A stretch of DNA of 63,990 nucleotides, counting the filler, from Folioceros fuciformis (taxonomy: Eukaryota), in NCBI GenBank assembly GCA_049999805.1. It is 11 parts of 11 records of this genome, joined end to end, with 100 filler letters (N's around TTAATTAATTAA, not from the genome) between each part and the next. Parts side by side here need not be neighbours in the genome. Positions count along the whole stretch, not along the records: positions 1 to 17,260 come from JBNGIO010004634.1; positions 17,361 to 25,672 come from JBNGIO010004637.1; 9 more parts are not named here. One strand, written 5' to 3'. The notes beneath the pieces are model-generated. The model did no database searches, was not told the DNA's origin, and saw only the letters and a program-made list of their open reading frames with translations. The position numbers and the translations under genes are program-made. Below, in pieces: positions 11,281 to 22,545 of this stretch (position 1 is the first letter of the stretch; each line of letters starts with the position of its first letter).

Positions 11281-13106
11281 TCACTACTTGCACTAGATGC
11301 AAGTGCAAAAGAACATATGATCAATTTATGTGTGCCAACATATCAAAGAAGGCACACCATGATCAATTTATGCATGCGAACATGCCAATAGAAGGCACGT
11401 CATCCAACGATAGAAGCAATGCAATTGGAGCAGACATAGAAATCATATTTCTATATCTGATCTATTAGCTATTGAAACCTACTATAGCAATGTACCACAA
11501 AGGAAGACTTTGGATCGATAAAGAATCTTTCTTGTTGTAGTGAACTTGGTGATTTACACACCTAAACCCAACATCAATTCTAGGGCTACTAAGTCTTAAG
11601 GAATTGCTATCACGTACACCATTACTATTTGATTGCATAGTGCTTTGCTTAGGACTTGGTTATTAATGCAGATTGCATGATGTCCTATACATTGAAGAGA
11701 GGAATCGCCACTTCACGATTCAAAACACTTAAAAGATAGATAACTCGTTAAAGGCCTGCAAGCAAAGCATAGCAAAGATAACTCTTATTATTGAAATACA
11801 AGCAAAAAAAGCAGGGGTAGCTCCTATCATTGGAATACAAGCAAAGTAGTGTTGAGTAGTGTTGCTGGTGAGCGATTGGGGTCAACTTGCATATGTATAC
11901 ATTTACTGTACACTTCTAGGCATGACAAACTTTGTATACAAAGACACACAACAGCACAAAAGGACAAAGAGGAACAAGTGAGAAATAATGTGAAACACAA
12001 TTATCAAGGATATGCAAAGCTCGTCCTCTATTTACACTCTTACTTTGCAATCATGCAAATGGATTGCATATAAAGCATGTCTGCCCTCACCCTTTCCTCT
12101 CTCGATCTCAAACTTATACCCAAGAATATGCAAAGAAAGAGTAATTGATACAAGGCTACACATGCAAACACAAGTCAACTTTTGGATGCAAGCACTAGAA
12201 CATCAGGATTATGGTAAGAATGTGGTTAACTTGCACACCATACTTGCAAGATCATAAGTAGGTAAAGAGTGGATTCAAGTCAATGTCCAATTTTAGCGAC
12301 CCTCCCATGTAGAGGCTCATCCCTTCATAGTGTCATTTCTTCAAATAGTTAAAACCCATATCATGGAAGAGATTATTATAAACTCCACATTCAAAACTTA
12401 TTCAGGAAGTTTTAAGGTCTAATGTTTGGTAGCAACCTCTATCCGGCGTGGTTTGCCCTTCTCATAGAACGATGGTTTTTTTAAACTGAAATATATATTT
12501 ATAAAACATTATGTCACCTTTTCACAAAATGCATTAAGAACAGCGTTTGAAATAAATCGGCTTCCTCCATAAAGCTGCATTTCGTCTTTTCTACCTGCCA
12601 GATGTCATCCCTTTCCATCCCAAAAATGTGTCATATTGCACATATGGTGTTAGTAACCCTAAACCGCATGCCGTTTGCGTATTCGAAACAACTCTTGTCA
12701 AAGGGATCTCATTATGGCAAGCACATGATGTTCATTAAGGTTTCACCAAGTATACACTTATAAAAGAGCAGAGCAGGTTCTTGGCGTGCTCAAGTGCGTG
12801 CCTCAGCGGGTTGCAACTTTGCATCCTACCTATCAGCGAATCCTAACTTTGAAACTGCGGAGATTCTAATCGTTTTGTCATGGGGAAAATAACTTCATCG
12901 CCTCTCTCCTCATAGTCTTTGCCCATATTTGGCTCTTCTTGCTCGTTTGCCTGTCGTATCGGCGAAGCTGCGTTCGAGAAAGTCTCAAAATGATTATGAT
13001 TCCATTGCTCAGCACTGGGATGTTGCTCAAGTTCCTTTCCGCTCTCATCTACTTCGGTGTTTGCTCTCTCCTTACCTTTCCCCTTGGTCTTCTTCTTTGC
13101 GTGGCC

Positions 13107-13537
13107 TTAAGATTGAGAGAGTTCGAGTAGATCCAAAGGTGCATTATTCCCATGCACCATTTGTAGTGTCTGAGCTCGTTGTTTGACAAACCTCCCACTT
13201 GCAACCTCACGGGCAAAGAATAATGAGTGCCCTTGAGTATGCAGCTTTGTCGTCAACTCTTCTTCTTCCGATGGAAACACATGTCCAATTATTCTCTGTT
13301 CGATAAAGATTGTATGCCGCTGTTCCATGTCGATGGCGATACAGTTGCAACCCTCCAACAGTGCGGCCAGAAATCTGCTACCACTCCTAGAACACCCATT
13401 TATCACCCTCTCTCCTCTGTCGCTAAAGAGCCTGAATAGGAGTATCATCAATCCAAATGGATTTGGTAAGGATTAACAACCCAGCCATCATTGGATACGT
13501 TCAATAATTTCTTGATGACGGCGCTATGCTTGATTAT
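13107..13537 (-). pseudogene. C-terminal fragment of a beta-class N4-cytosine/N6-adenine DNA methyltransferase-like gene, frameshifted and cut by a Copia insertion
   Basis: Restoring one base near 13462 gives VVNPYQxPFGLMILLFRLFSDRGERVINGCSRSGSRFLAALLEGCNCIAIDMEQ..IEQRI. This matches the N6_N4_Mtase pattern HPTQKP..L..LI..S..GD.VLDPFxGSGT..AA..GR..IG.E. Confidence 0.65.
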
Positions 13538-13720
13538 TGTTGGAAGTAAAGCCAACACATAGTCTAAGTGACATTTAGGGTTTGGTGATAGGCCCAAGAT
13601 GAAACGTCATTTGGGTTTAGTATATAAGTAAGACTTGTTGACAATTTTAATAACACAATTCATTTTTGTCTTTCTATATTGAAAAGTTTAATTGAGCCAA
13701 ATTGCTCTCCGCATTTTTCA

Positions 13721-13732
13721 TGGTATCAAAGC
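13721..13732 (+). promoter_or_regulatory. Primer binding site (tRNAi-Met type)
   Basis: TGGTATCAAAGC directly after the LTR-terminal CA. Confidence 0.85.
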
Positions 13733-13763
13733 TCCTAATGCTCTCTACCTTTCCTAAGACATA

Positions 13764-14447
13764 ATGCCCAGTCGGGGTAGATCTCGTGTAGATCAACGTC
13801 AACGCAGGAGAAGACTTTGTGGTGGAACATATTGTCCACGACACCTTAACCAAGTCCCAGTTGACACTATCCCTGATCTGTACGAGGCAAACTACTCCGA
13901 CATACGACTACGCCAGTGGCCCGGGAGGAATTCAGGCATATCAAATTCTAGGGCGTGTGCTATCAGGCTTCAGCAGTCGAGAATCTCAGAAACAGATTCT
14001 CGTTACCCTGCTCGGTGCATCGCCAGGAACCTGCTTGATCCTCACTTCCAACCACTGGCCAAGAGTGCTGAACTGGAGTCACTAACTTCAGCATCACCAT
14101 TTGACACCCCTGACTTCTGTCCAACGGCTGATTGGAAATTGAAAGCTTCTGGAGAAGTCTGCGATCTGCCACTTCATCAATGGACGATTAGGCGGCGACA
14201 GGGAGATAAACTTGCTGAAGTTAAAGAGCGAATTGAGAAATCTGCTAAAAACAAAAAACAAATTTCTCAAGAGACTCCAGTAGAAACTTCCCTTTGGAAT
14301 TTTCTAATAAACCAGCACATCTTGAGAGACGGAGTTGCTCGCCTACAAGTCTGCATCGAAACACAAATATCCAGAATTGACAGGAATATCTCTCAAATTG
14401 TTGGAATGCTGCATTTGATGGATCTTAGACAGGGATTTTCCACATAA
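13764..14447 (+). CDS. Extra ORF of the Copia element upstream of gag (227 aa, Arg-rich N-terminus, heptad-like C-terminus)
   Basis: ATG-initiated ORF about 30 bp after the PBS; positional analogue at 61636-62220. Confidence 0.5.
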   Translation: MPSRGRSRVDQRQRRRRLCGGTYCPRHLNQVPVDTIPDLYEANYSDIRLRQWPGRNSGISNSRACAIRLQQSRISETDSRYPARCIARNLLDPHFQPLAKSAELESLTSASPFDTPDFCPTADWKLKASGEVCDLPLHQWTIRRRQGDKLAEVKERIEKSAKNKKQISQETPVETSLWNFLINQHILRDGVARLQVCIETQISRIDRNISQIVGMLHLMDLRQGFST

Positions 14448-17260
14448 TTCCTGCCTGCCAGTGGAGACTCTATCCTATGACCTTGCTTCCACTGGCGGAG
14501 AGCGCAAGAGATGCCAAACAATGCGCATCATTAGCAGTGGCTCTTAGCGTGGATTTGAAGCGTCACATTTGCATTACTTACCTTTGGCTTGTTCGCATCC
14601 CCTATTGTTTGTTTGGTCCATCAACTAACCTATCGTTTCAGCAGACAAAGAAATGACAGTTAGAAACCCTAACTAAAGAAAACCGAAACATTTTTTTTTG
14701 AAAGAAGGGATTGGTGTCTGTTCATTCTTGCACCACTACATATCCATGAAGGTAGATGAGGGAGCTAGCTTGTTAAGGTCGAGATACACATGTATCCACC
14801 CCCTCCCAGGCTGTCACCCTCAACTAGTCCCCTGGACACGTTTTGTTAGTATCACTAATGAGCATTTGTCAGGAATAGCAAGATCGGAGCATAACTGACC
14901 TAACTATTTTTCTTTTCAAACCATAGTTTTTTGAAAGGAACTTAGCTAGTTCACGTATGTCCGATACTGAGAGTACACATAGTGTATCTGACCTTAGCTT
15001 CGACGGGTTCTTGGAGCCTGAGGGGGAAGAATACCTATAGGCTGCAAATATCTCCAGTTTCTGGACCAACCCACTTGTTGTACCTATCACAAGAACAACA
15101 ACCCCCTCCTTCATGTCACAACTGAAGGAGAAAGATAGGTTTAATGGGAAACTGTACCCTGTGTGGAAAGTGCGCATGAAAGCCCTCCTCATAGCCAGGG
15201 GAGTCTGGAGTGTTGTGGGTGGAGGATTTCCTGAACCGGATCCTCAGACCGGTAGCCAAGCTGATATAGATAAATGGACAGCTCACAATGAAGTTGCTGT
15301 AGCTGTCATTATCAATGGCTTGGATGCTCTTCTTGTTCCTGACGTTGAGTACCTAACCAAGGGCATCGAGATTTGGAATCAACTCGAGAAAACATATCAG
15401 GTTACTAACATCATGACCAAATGTGCCATATGGCAAGAATTCTACGCTATGAGGATGAAGGACGGGGACAAAGCGGGTGGATTTACCAGTAAATTTCGCC
15501 ACCTCTGTGCTAAGCTTGCCTCTTTCAATTACAAGATTGAGGAAGAACATGTTGTGGTCTAGATGTTGAGGAGCTTGCCAGCATCACTCCATCAGTTTGT
15601 TAGCTCGTACAACGGACCCTTGTGCACCTCACAGGCTGCTGTTGCTGCCGAGAATGCAAGCACCCTCATTGTCGACGACATAGTGGCTGCCTTGCATCAA
15701 GAAGAACAGAGCCGTTTGTTCTTTGTAGGAAACACAAGAGCAAAGGCTGACAAAGTGTTAGCTGCAAAGTTCAAGCCTAACAGACAAAAAGGCAAGAACA
15801 GTTCTAGTTCTGACTTTACCTCTTCAGGTACCAAGAAAACTAGTAACTGCAATTGGTGTGGGGCACCTAGCTACTGGGCACGCGACTGTCGGAAGAAGAA
15901 GGCAAGAGAACCCCAGCGGCAGTAGGCCACAAAGCAATCTGCTAGTGTAGCCTTGAAGGATAAGGGAGAAAAATCGAAAGCCACAATGAAGATTCTCACT
16001 ATCTGCCTGACAAGCACTGTTCATGATGTTGGGGATTGGTACCTTGACTCAGGAGCTACCACCCACATCTGCAACGACAAAACCTTGTTCTCCAAGCTAT
16101 CCTTGCATCGCATGAAGGACAATGTTCTGTTAGGAGATGAGCGAAGTAACTCTGGACTTTTTGTGGAGGGATATGGCACTTGTACCTTCATTCTCAATGA
16201 TGGATCTATACAACCTGTCGAAGGAGTCTTGAATGTGCCAGACATGGCAAAGAATCTTCTGTTGATGAGCAAGCTCATGCAGTTGCATGCGTATGAGATA
16301 CGCGTGACGGATGAGGCATGCTGCTTCTACAGGAAGACTTCTCCCTGTGTCTGTGTATTTAGAGGTTTTCTTGACTATGATCTGTACAAATTAGATTTGA
16401 GATGTTCTCCTGCCCACCAGTCAGCCTTCACAGTGAGCATGACTTCTAGTCAGCTTGCCTCATTATGGCATGTGCGTTTAGGGCATGCCAATAAAACCAA
16501 GTTGATAGATATGTCTAAGCACGATTGCAAGAGGGAACCATTGCCTAGCTGTTTTAAGGACTTACCTGTTTGTGAGTCTTGCATTCTTGCTAAACAGAAG
16601 GAACTTCCTTTCCCTAAGGCTGCTCACAGAGTGTCCTCAGTGTTAGGTCTTGTGCATGTTGACATTTCAAGTGAGATACATACACCTTCTTTAGGGAGGG
16701 CTTTGTATTACATGACTCTGACTGATGATTATAGCCGGTATTCATGGACTATTCCCATGCGATTGAAGAGCGACACCCTTGGCTGCTTTAGGGACTGGCT
16801 GCCAACAGTTCAACGTCAATCAGGCTGCCTACTCAAAGTATTGCGAAGTGACAATGGTACTGAATTTGTCAACAATGCTTTCGATGAGTACTTATATGAG
16901 CACGGCATCCAGAGGCACTTGATTGTGCCGTATACCCAACAGCAAAATGGCGTTGCTCAATGCAAAAGCCAAACCCTGCTGGGTATGATGAGAAGTATGT
17001 TGTTATGGGCTGGCCTTCCACAAGGGTACTGGGCAGAGGCTGTAGTCACAGCCACTTACATCTTGAACAGGGTCTTGACCAGTTCAATCAAGGGGAGGAC
17101 ACCCTTTGAGGTCTTCTAGCACCGTAAGCCTAGCTTACTTCACCTCCGGGTCTTCGGGTCTAAGGCTTTTGCCTATATTCATGCAGAGAAGAGAAAAAAG
17201 TTAGACAATCGTGCTCAAAGCCTTATTTTTGTCGGCTATAGTGAGCATGTTAAGGCTTAC

Positions 17261-17360
17261 NNNNNNNNNNNNNNNNNNNNNNNNNNNNNNNNNNNNNNNN
17301 NNNNTTAATTAATTAANNNNNNNNNNNNNNNNNNNNNNNNNNNNNNNNNNNNNNNNNNNN
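17261..17360. other. Artificial contig linker N44-TTAATTAATTAA-N44 (six-frame stop)
   Basis: The same 100-bp linker is at 25673, 30549, 36028, 45122, 50450, 52728, 56843, 59085 and 61333; plain N gaps at 46183, 46798 and 50044. Confidence 0.98.
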
Positions 17361-17460
17361 ATGCAATAGGGTTGATTGGGTCTGTTCTCATTGAACTTTA
17401 TTAAAATTCTTTTTGTTTCAGTAGCTCTAGTTTAAGTGCTTTTTTTATTAATGATCCCCC

Positions 17461-17552
17461 CCTTTCGTTTAGGGCTAATTATCCCTCTTTCGTTTAGGGC
17501 TAATTGTCCCTCTTTCGTTTAGGGCTAATTATCCCTCTTTCGTTTAGGGCTA
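17461..17552. repeat. 25-bp tandem repeat x about 4 containing TTTAGGG, about 170 bp upstream of the CHZ gene
   Basis: TTTCGTTTAGGGCTAATTATCCCTC repeated; internal AGGG..CCCT inverted motif. Confidence 0.9.
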
Positions 17553-17722
17553 GATGGGTTTCGAGTCTTCTTTCATAGTAAATTCTCGATTTTTAATTGA
17601 TATATTTTCAGGAGGGAACGGAGCGAACTAGTCGTTTGGTGATTTAGAGAGGCAATGCTTTCACCTACCTTTTCACTTTTTGTTGGCAAGAGGGGGTTGA
17701 GCTTCGGAAGTGTAGGCGAGCT

Positions 17723-19264
17723 ATGGCGAATGTGGAGGGGGCGACGGAGCCAGTGGATCTGAGCGAGGCGCTTGCTGCCGCGCTCGCCTCGCGTGCGTCC
17801 GAGCTCAAGGCGACTCCGAAGGATTTCAGTCTCGCCGCTATTCGGCGCATGCTGGAGAAGGATGTGAAGCTGGAGCCATTTTATCTGGATGAGCACAAGG
17901 GCCTCGTCAAGGATCTCCTTAGCGAATTCTTTTGCCAGGGAAGCGAGTCAGACGATGGCGCAGATGAAGATGCGCAGCCTGACTCTGCCGACGCAGCAGC
18001 CAAGATCAAGGTATCGGAACAGGAGGCTGAGGCGCACCCTGATCCAGCACCTGTACTAACGGGAGAAATTATCGGGGCTGCCGTGAAGAAGCGGGCCTCG
18101 TACGTGCTGGAGAATGTCGAGACTCTGACATTGGCCACATTCCGACGGTTGTTGGAGAGCGATCTTGGTTTGGAGGAGAAGGGACTCGATGCATTCAAGG
18201 GCTTAGTGAGCCAGCTGGTGGACAAAATTTTTGCCCAGGAAGTTGAAGAGGAGCCCCTTGCCGCTGCTCCCGGGAGGAAGCGGGCCAGGAACGGGGAAGA
18301 AAGCGCTGTGAAGAAGGGGGATAACAGCGAAGTCGACGGCAAGAGCAGCAAGAAGGTGCAGGATGTGAAGGCGAAGGCAGTCAAGAAGCCAGTGAGAAGA
18401 GGCCGGGTGGAGTTAAGCGATGACGACGAGGCTCCTGCTCCTAAGAAGATTCGAGGGAAGGCGGTGAAGCGAGGTGTGGACAGAGATGGAGACTCCTTCA
18501 CTGAACGGCAGAAGAGACCTAAGTTGGAAGTTCAAAAGGGAAGTGGTAACTCGAAGAGATCGAGCGCGCAGCAAGATAGCGCTTCAGGGAGCGAGGAGGA
18601 TACTGGCGAGGAAGGCAATGCCAGTAAGGGTAAGCCGAAGCAGGTAGCTAGAGGAGGGAAAAGGGGCAAGGCATCGAGCTCCAGGGAGGACAGTGAGGAT
18701 GGGGAGTCTGAAAGTGATGGAGGCAGCAAGAAGTCTCGCAACGCCAACGGGAGGAAGGCGTCGGAGCCGAAGCAGGGAAGTAGTAAACAAGTAGACCACT
18801 TGAAGAGCATTATTAAGGCCAGCGGTATGACTGTGCCTCCCAGCATCTACAAGAAAGCCAAGAATGCTCCAGCGGGTAAACATGAAACTGTCCTTGTGAA
18901 GGAGTTGGAATCATTGCTGGAGCGGGAAGGCCTGTCTGGGCAAGCTTCCGAGAAAGATATAAAGGCTGTTCGGAAACGCAAAGAGAAGCTGAGGGACTTG
19001 GAGGGGATCGACTCTAGCAACATACTTCCTGACCGTAGAGGTAGGCGGGCAGCCAGTGCCACTCTGTTTGCTCCTACGTACTCGCCGACTTCATCTGGTG
19101 ATGAAGATGAGGAAGCTGATGATAAGAGTAATGAAGATGAAGAGAATGATGCCGAAGGCGAAGAGGAAGAAGAAGACGGTGGTAGCAGCGGAGGGGAAGA
19201 CAACGAAGAAGAAGAACAGGAGGCGGACGAAAGCGAGGGAGGGGGAGGCGATGAGAGTGAATAG
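17723..19264 (+). CDS. Chz1/HIRIP3-like histone H2A.Z-H2B chaperone (CHZ domain), 513 aa, single exon
   Basis: Two DEK-C-like repeats (SLAAIRRMLEKD..LDEHK; TLATFRRLLESD..LDAFK), K/E/S-rich linker, CHZ-like DLEGIDSSNIL..RRGRR, acidic tail. Confidence 0.8.
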   Translation: MANVEGATEPVDLSEALAAALASRASELKATPKDFSLAAIRRMLEKDVKLEPFYLDEHKGLVKDLLSEFFCQGSESDDGADEDAQPDSADAAAKIKVSEQEAEAHPDPAPVLTGEIIGAAVKKRASYVLENVETLTLATFRRLLESDLGLEEKGLDAFKGLVSQLVDKIFAQEVEEEPLAAAPGRKRARNGEESAVKKGDNSEVDGKSSKKVQDVKAKAVKKPVRRGRVELSDDDEAPAPKKIRGKAVKRGVDRDGDSFTERQKRPKLEVQKGSGNSKRSSAQQDSASGSEEDTGEEGNASKGKPKQVARGGKRGKASSSREDSEDGESESDGGSKKSRNANGRKASEPKQGSSKQVDHLKSIIKASGMTVPPSIYKKAKNAPAGKHETVLVKELESLLEREGLSGQASEKDIKAVRKRKEKLRDLEGIDSSNILPDRRGRRAASATLFAPTYSPTSSGDEDEEADDKSNEDEENDAEGEEEEEDGGSSGGEDNEEEEQEADESEGGGGDESE

Positions 19265-20062
19265 TGCTGGACTGCTCTTCAGAATTATGGCATTAACTCG
19301 GAGTCAAAATACCTCGTCTTTACATCCCGGAGCTAAACGTGGATTCTGGGTGTGAATTGTTTGGCTCTGGAGCTGGTGATGGTGGACGATGGCCTGCAGT
19401 GGGCATGATCTTGCGGTCAGCTTGTAAGCTCGTGATCCTGGGAAGCAGATGTATGCAACTGGCAGCTATGGATGGATCTCCAGTCATCAGGCAATCGGCA
19501 CACAGCGGTCTCCTTGGTCATCCGTCCACTACCGACCTTTCGAAGGGCTCTGCCTGCTCCACTATTGCATGGAAGCAGGGCAGGCAACAGAGCCCATCGA
19601 GAGAGGTGCTGAAAGGAACGGCATCTGGGCCAAGCATAAGGTTGACGTTGCTTGAAGGTGAAACAGGGCCTGTGGAGAACTCGAGGCTGGACTTTGGCCA
19701 CCAGTGGACTTTGGCGCACTGGAGATCGGAGATATGATTCATAATCTCTACCAGAAGGTTTCCACTCTTGGTATCAAACTTATGACATCAATCCTGGGAA
19801 AACGGTTCCGAAAATGGCCATCCATTTCATTTACTGGAATTCGATGTAAGTTTACACAATTGGCCCAGTGGCTTCTCGCAGGTTCGCATCTCACCGAGTT
19901 TGTACACTGACATGTCGGTCAATGGGGATTTCACTTCCCCTGCGTGTGGGGACCATTCAGTGTATTTTCCTTTCTGACGAAACACTGGTGACACTACTAC
20001 TACATGTCTTCCTGATTAGGTGATTGTGTTTGGGGTAATAAGACGTCCCGTGGTCTGATTCT

Positions 20063-22345
20063 TTAGTTATTCAATCGTACTCTTCCCATTCTTGTCGTGA
20101 ATGTATGCACCTCTTGGTCATGCAGAATCCAACTCCGGCCGGGCGTTTTCCATGCGCCCGCCAAGCGTCTCTTTTCCTCAACATCTTCCGCCTCAGGCCA
20201 CATCTGAGCTTGCCGGTAAATATTCGACATCAGGACATACGGAGAACTGTGGGAAGGTTCCAGACTCACAGCGCGGTCGAAAGCCCATCTCCCAGTCTCC
20301 ACGTCCACATACTTCTGGCAAGCACCGAGAAGTGCGCACCACACAGCCAAGTCCGGCTCCCTCGCCATGCCGACAACCAGGTCTCCAGCCTGTCTGCAGA
20401 GTCCTGCTCGCCCCAGGAGGTCTACCATGCTAGCATAATGCTCACTCCCGGGAACTATCCCGTAGTCCCTAACCATGGACTTGAAGCACTGTGCACCTCT
20501 TTCCACCATCCCTCCATGGCTGCAGGCCGAGAGCAGCGACGCGAAAGTCATTGCATTCGGCTCCGTCCCCGCTTGCCGCATCTCGTCATAACATCGAAAG
20601 CTCTCCTTCCAGCTCCCCGCCCGAGCATAGCCGGCAATCAGAGAGTTCCATGCCACCAAGTCGGGTTCTGGAAGAGAGTCGAACACGCGCTGGCCTTCCC
20701 CGATGCTTCCACATCTTCCGCAAGCAAAAATGAGGGCGTTTGCCACCGCAGCGCTCTCCCTGAACCCTCTCCTGCAGACCTCGGACTGGATGTGCATCAA
20801 AGGAGCTAGGGATCCCAGGCTACCGCAAGCATGCAGGAGCAGCAGGAAAGTGGACTCGTTTGGCTCCATCCCGTCCTCCTGCATCTTGCCATAAAGCTGA
20901 AGAACATGGCCGATCTGCTCCTCCTCCTGCTCCTGCTGCGCGTACCCTACAAAAATAGCATTCCAAGAAACCACATCACGCTCCGGTAATGCGTCGAAGA
21001 CAGTACGGGCATCGACCAGGGCCCCGGAGATGGAGTACGCATGAATCAAGCTGTTGCTGACGAACAGATCGCAAGCGCTGCCGTGTCTGGCAAGGTCAGT
21101 GTGGATCGTCTTTACCTTCTGCAGCGCGTGCATCTTGATGCACTCGGCATCAATTCGCGTGCCTTCTTCCTCAGCTGCAAGGATGCCGCAAGCCTTGAGC
21201 ACGCTCGCGAAGGTGCGGGCATTAGGGCTAACATCAGCCGCTCGCATCTGTGCATAAAGCTGCACGGCCATGTCCCCCTCCTTGTTGTGAGCATAGCCTG
21301 CGATCATGGAGTTCCAAGAAACGACGTCGCGATTTGTCATGGTGTCGAACACTTGACGAGAATCCACAACGTTGCCGCATGTCGCATAGACATGCACGAG
21401 AGTGCTACAAACGAACACGCTCGAGTTGCAACCCGTTTGGACGGCATGGCCATGAAGCATCTTGCCACGATGCAGGCATCGCAGCTTGACGGGGTGTCCG
21501 TCTACGCGACACTCTTCTTCCATGGCTGCAAGCCCGACACATCCTTTGAGCAGGCTGACGAATGTTCGTTCATCCGGGTTGACACCTTCGTGTCTCATCA
21601 GCCCATATAGCAGCAAGGCATCCTCGCACTGGTCCTGTTGGACATAGCCAGCGATGAGGACATTCCAGGACACCACATTACGGCATGGCAGTAGATCAAA
21701 AACATCCTGTGCATCCGCCATTCTCCCACAACTTGCGTACATGTCGAGCAGAGTTGTGGATACGAACGGATCAGAGTCAAGCCCATCCCTGACAGCGTGG
21801 GCGTGAATCCTCCTGCCTTCTTCCAGGTCTGCCGAGCTGCCGCATGCTTTCAGTAGACTGATGAAGACATACTTATTGGGGCGGACTCCTTCCTGCAGCA
21901 TTTGACCATACAGTCCCAGAGCTTCCTGCGCTTGCCCTGCTTTCGTGTATCCGGAGATGATGGCAGTCCAGGAGAGGACGGTTCGTTGCGGTAACCTGTT
22001 GAATACCTCGGCTGCATGAGTCATGCTCCCACATTTCACGAATGTCTTCACCAGAGATTCTCCAAGAAATCGATTGCTATCCAACCCATTTCTCACCAGG
22101 TGAGCATGCACTTGCCTCGCTTCTGCCAAGGCCCTCTTCTGGATGCACGCCTGCAACAGGTCACTATACGTGCGCACCGTCGGTATGCAGCCCTGTTGGT
22201 CGAGGTGGAGTAGAGTGTCGGACACTTTGCAGTCTCCCATCATGCTAGAATGGGAGGGCTTGCAAGCCTGGGCATAGGTAGCCCTGAACGCAGAACTGGC
22301 TGGCAGGGCACAGGAGGTCGTGGGTCGGAACACCGCACCTGGCAT
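20063..22345 (-). CDS. PLS-E(+) PPR protein with extended LL-type motifs, ending just after the PG box, 760 aa
   Basis: PLS triplets; two L motifs with about 16-aa inserts (AAMEEECRVDGHPVK; AAEEEGTRIDAECIK); E1/E2; KTPGRSWI..VHTF then stop. Confidence 0.93.
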   Translation of the reverse strand: MPGAVFRPTTSCALPASSAFRATYAQACKPSHSSMMGDCKVSDTLLHLDQQGCIPTVRTYSDLLQACIQKRALAEARQVHAHLVRNGLDSNRFLGESLVKTFVKCGSMTHAAEVFNRLPQRTVLSWTAIISGYTKAGQAQEALGLYGQMLQEGVRPNKYVFISLLKACGSSADLEEGRRIHAHAVRDGLDSDPFVSTTLLDMYASCGRMADAQDVFDLLPCRNVVSWNVLIAGYVQQDQCEDALLLYGLMRHEGVNPDERTFVSLLKGCVGLAAMEEECRVDGHPVKLRCLHRGKMLHGHAVQTGCNSSVFVCSTLVHVYATCGNVVDSRQVFDTMTNRDVVSWNSMIAGYAHNKEGDMAVQLYAQMRAADVSPNARTFASVLKACGILAAEEEGTRIDAECIKMHALQKVKTIHTDLARHGSACDLFVSNSLIHAYSISGALVDARTVFDALPERDVVSWNAIFVGYAQQEQEEEQIGHVLQLYGKMQEDGMEPNESTFLLLLHACGSLGSLAPLMHIQSEVCRRGFRESAAVANALIFACGRCGSIGEGQRVFDSLPEPDLVAWNSLIAGYARAGSWKESFRCYDEMRQAGTEPNAMTFASLLSACSHGGMVERGAQCFKSMVRDYGIVPGSEHYASMVDLLGRAGLCRQAGDLVVGMAREPDLAVWCALLGACQKYVDVETGRWAFDRAVSLEPSHSSPYVLMSNIYRQAQMWPEAEDVEEKRRLAGAWKTPGRSWILHDQEVHTFTTRMGRVRLNN

Positions 22346-22545
22346 GAGGTGTCGGTGATGCCTCCCAACATCGGTCTTGCCTCTTATTTCGCAGCGATGA
22401 GTTCAATGCTGCTGTGTCATGATGCCCACCAGCTCAGCAGCTGGGAGCTGAAGCACTCTGTTGTTTCGTAGCCTGCTCATCTCAGGTGCCTGCTGGAAAA
22501 CCTGGTGTCGAAAAGAATGTTCAACCAGGCCCGTCTGAAGTGTAA

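Larger units (their letters stand above)
13538..17260 (+). mobile_element. Ty1/copia LTR retrotransposon, 5' part (LTR, PBS, extra ORF, gag, protease, integrase), degenerate, cut by the contig end
   Basis: LTR TGTTGG(13538)..TTCA(13720), PBS TGGTATCAAAGC 13721-13732, gag from 15113 (KEKDRFNGK, CNWC..YWARDC), WYLDSGATTH, LWHVRLGH, DDYSRY, LRSDNGTEF; stops at 15560, 15923 and 17117. Confidence 0.93.

Noticed and set aside
17261-17360. Recurring TTAATTAATTAA palindrome as a biological motif
   Set aside because: Always centred in a 100-bp N block; an assembly linker. Adjacency across linkers carries no biological meaning.
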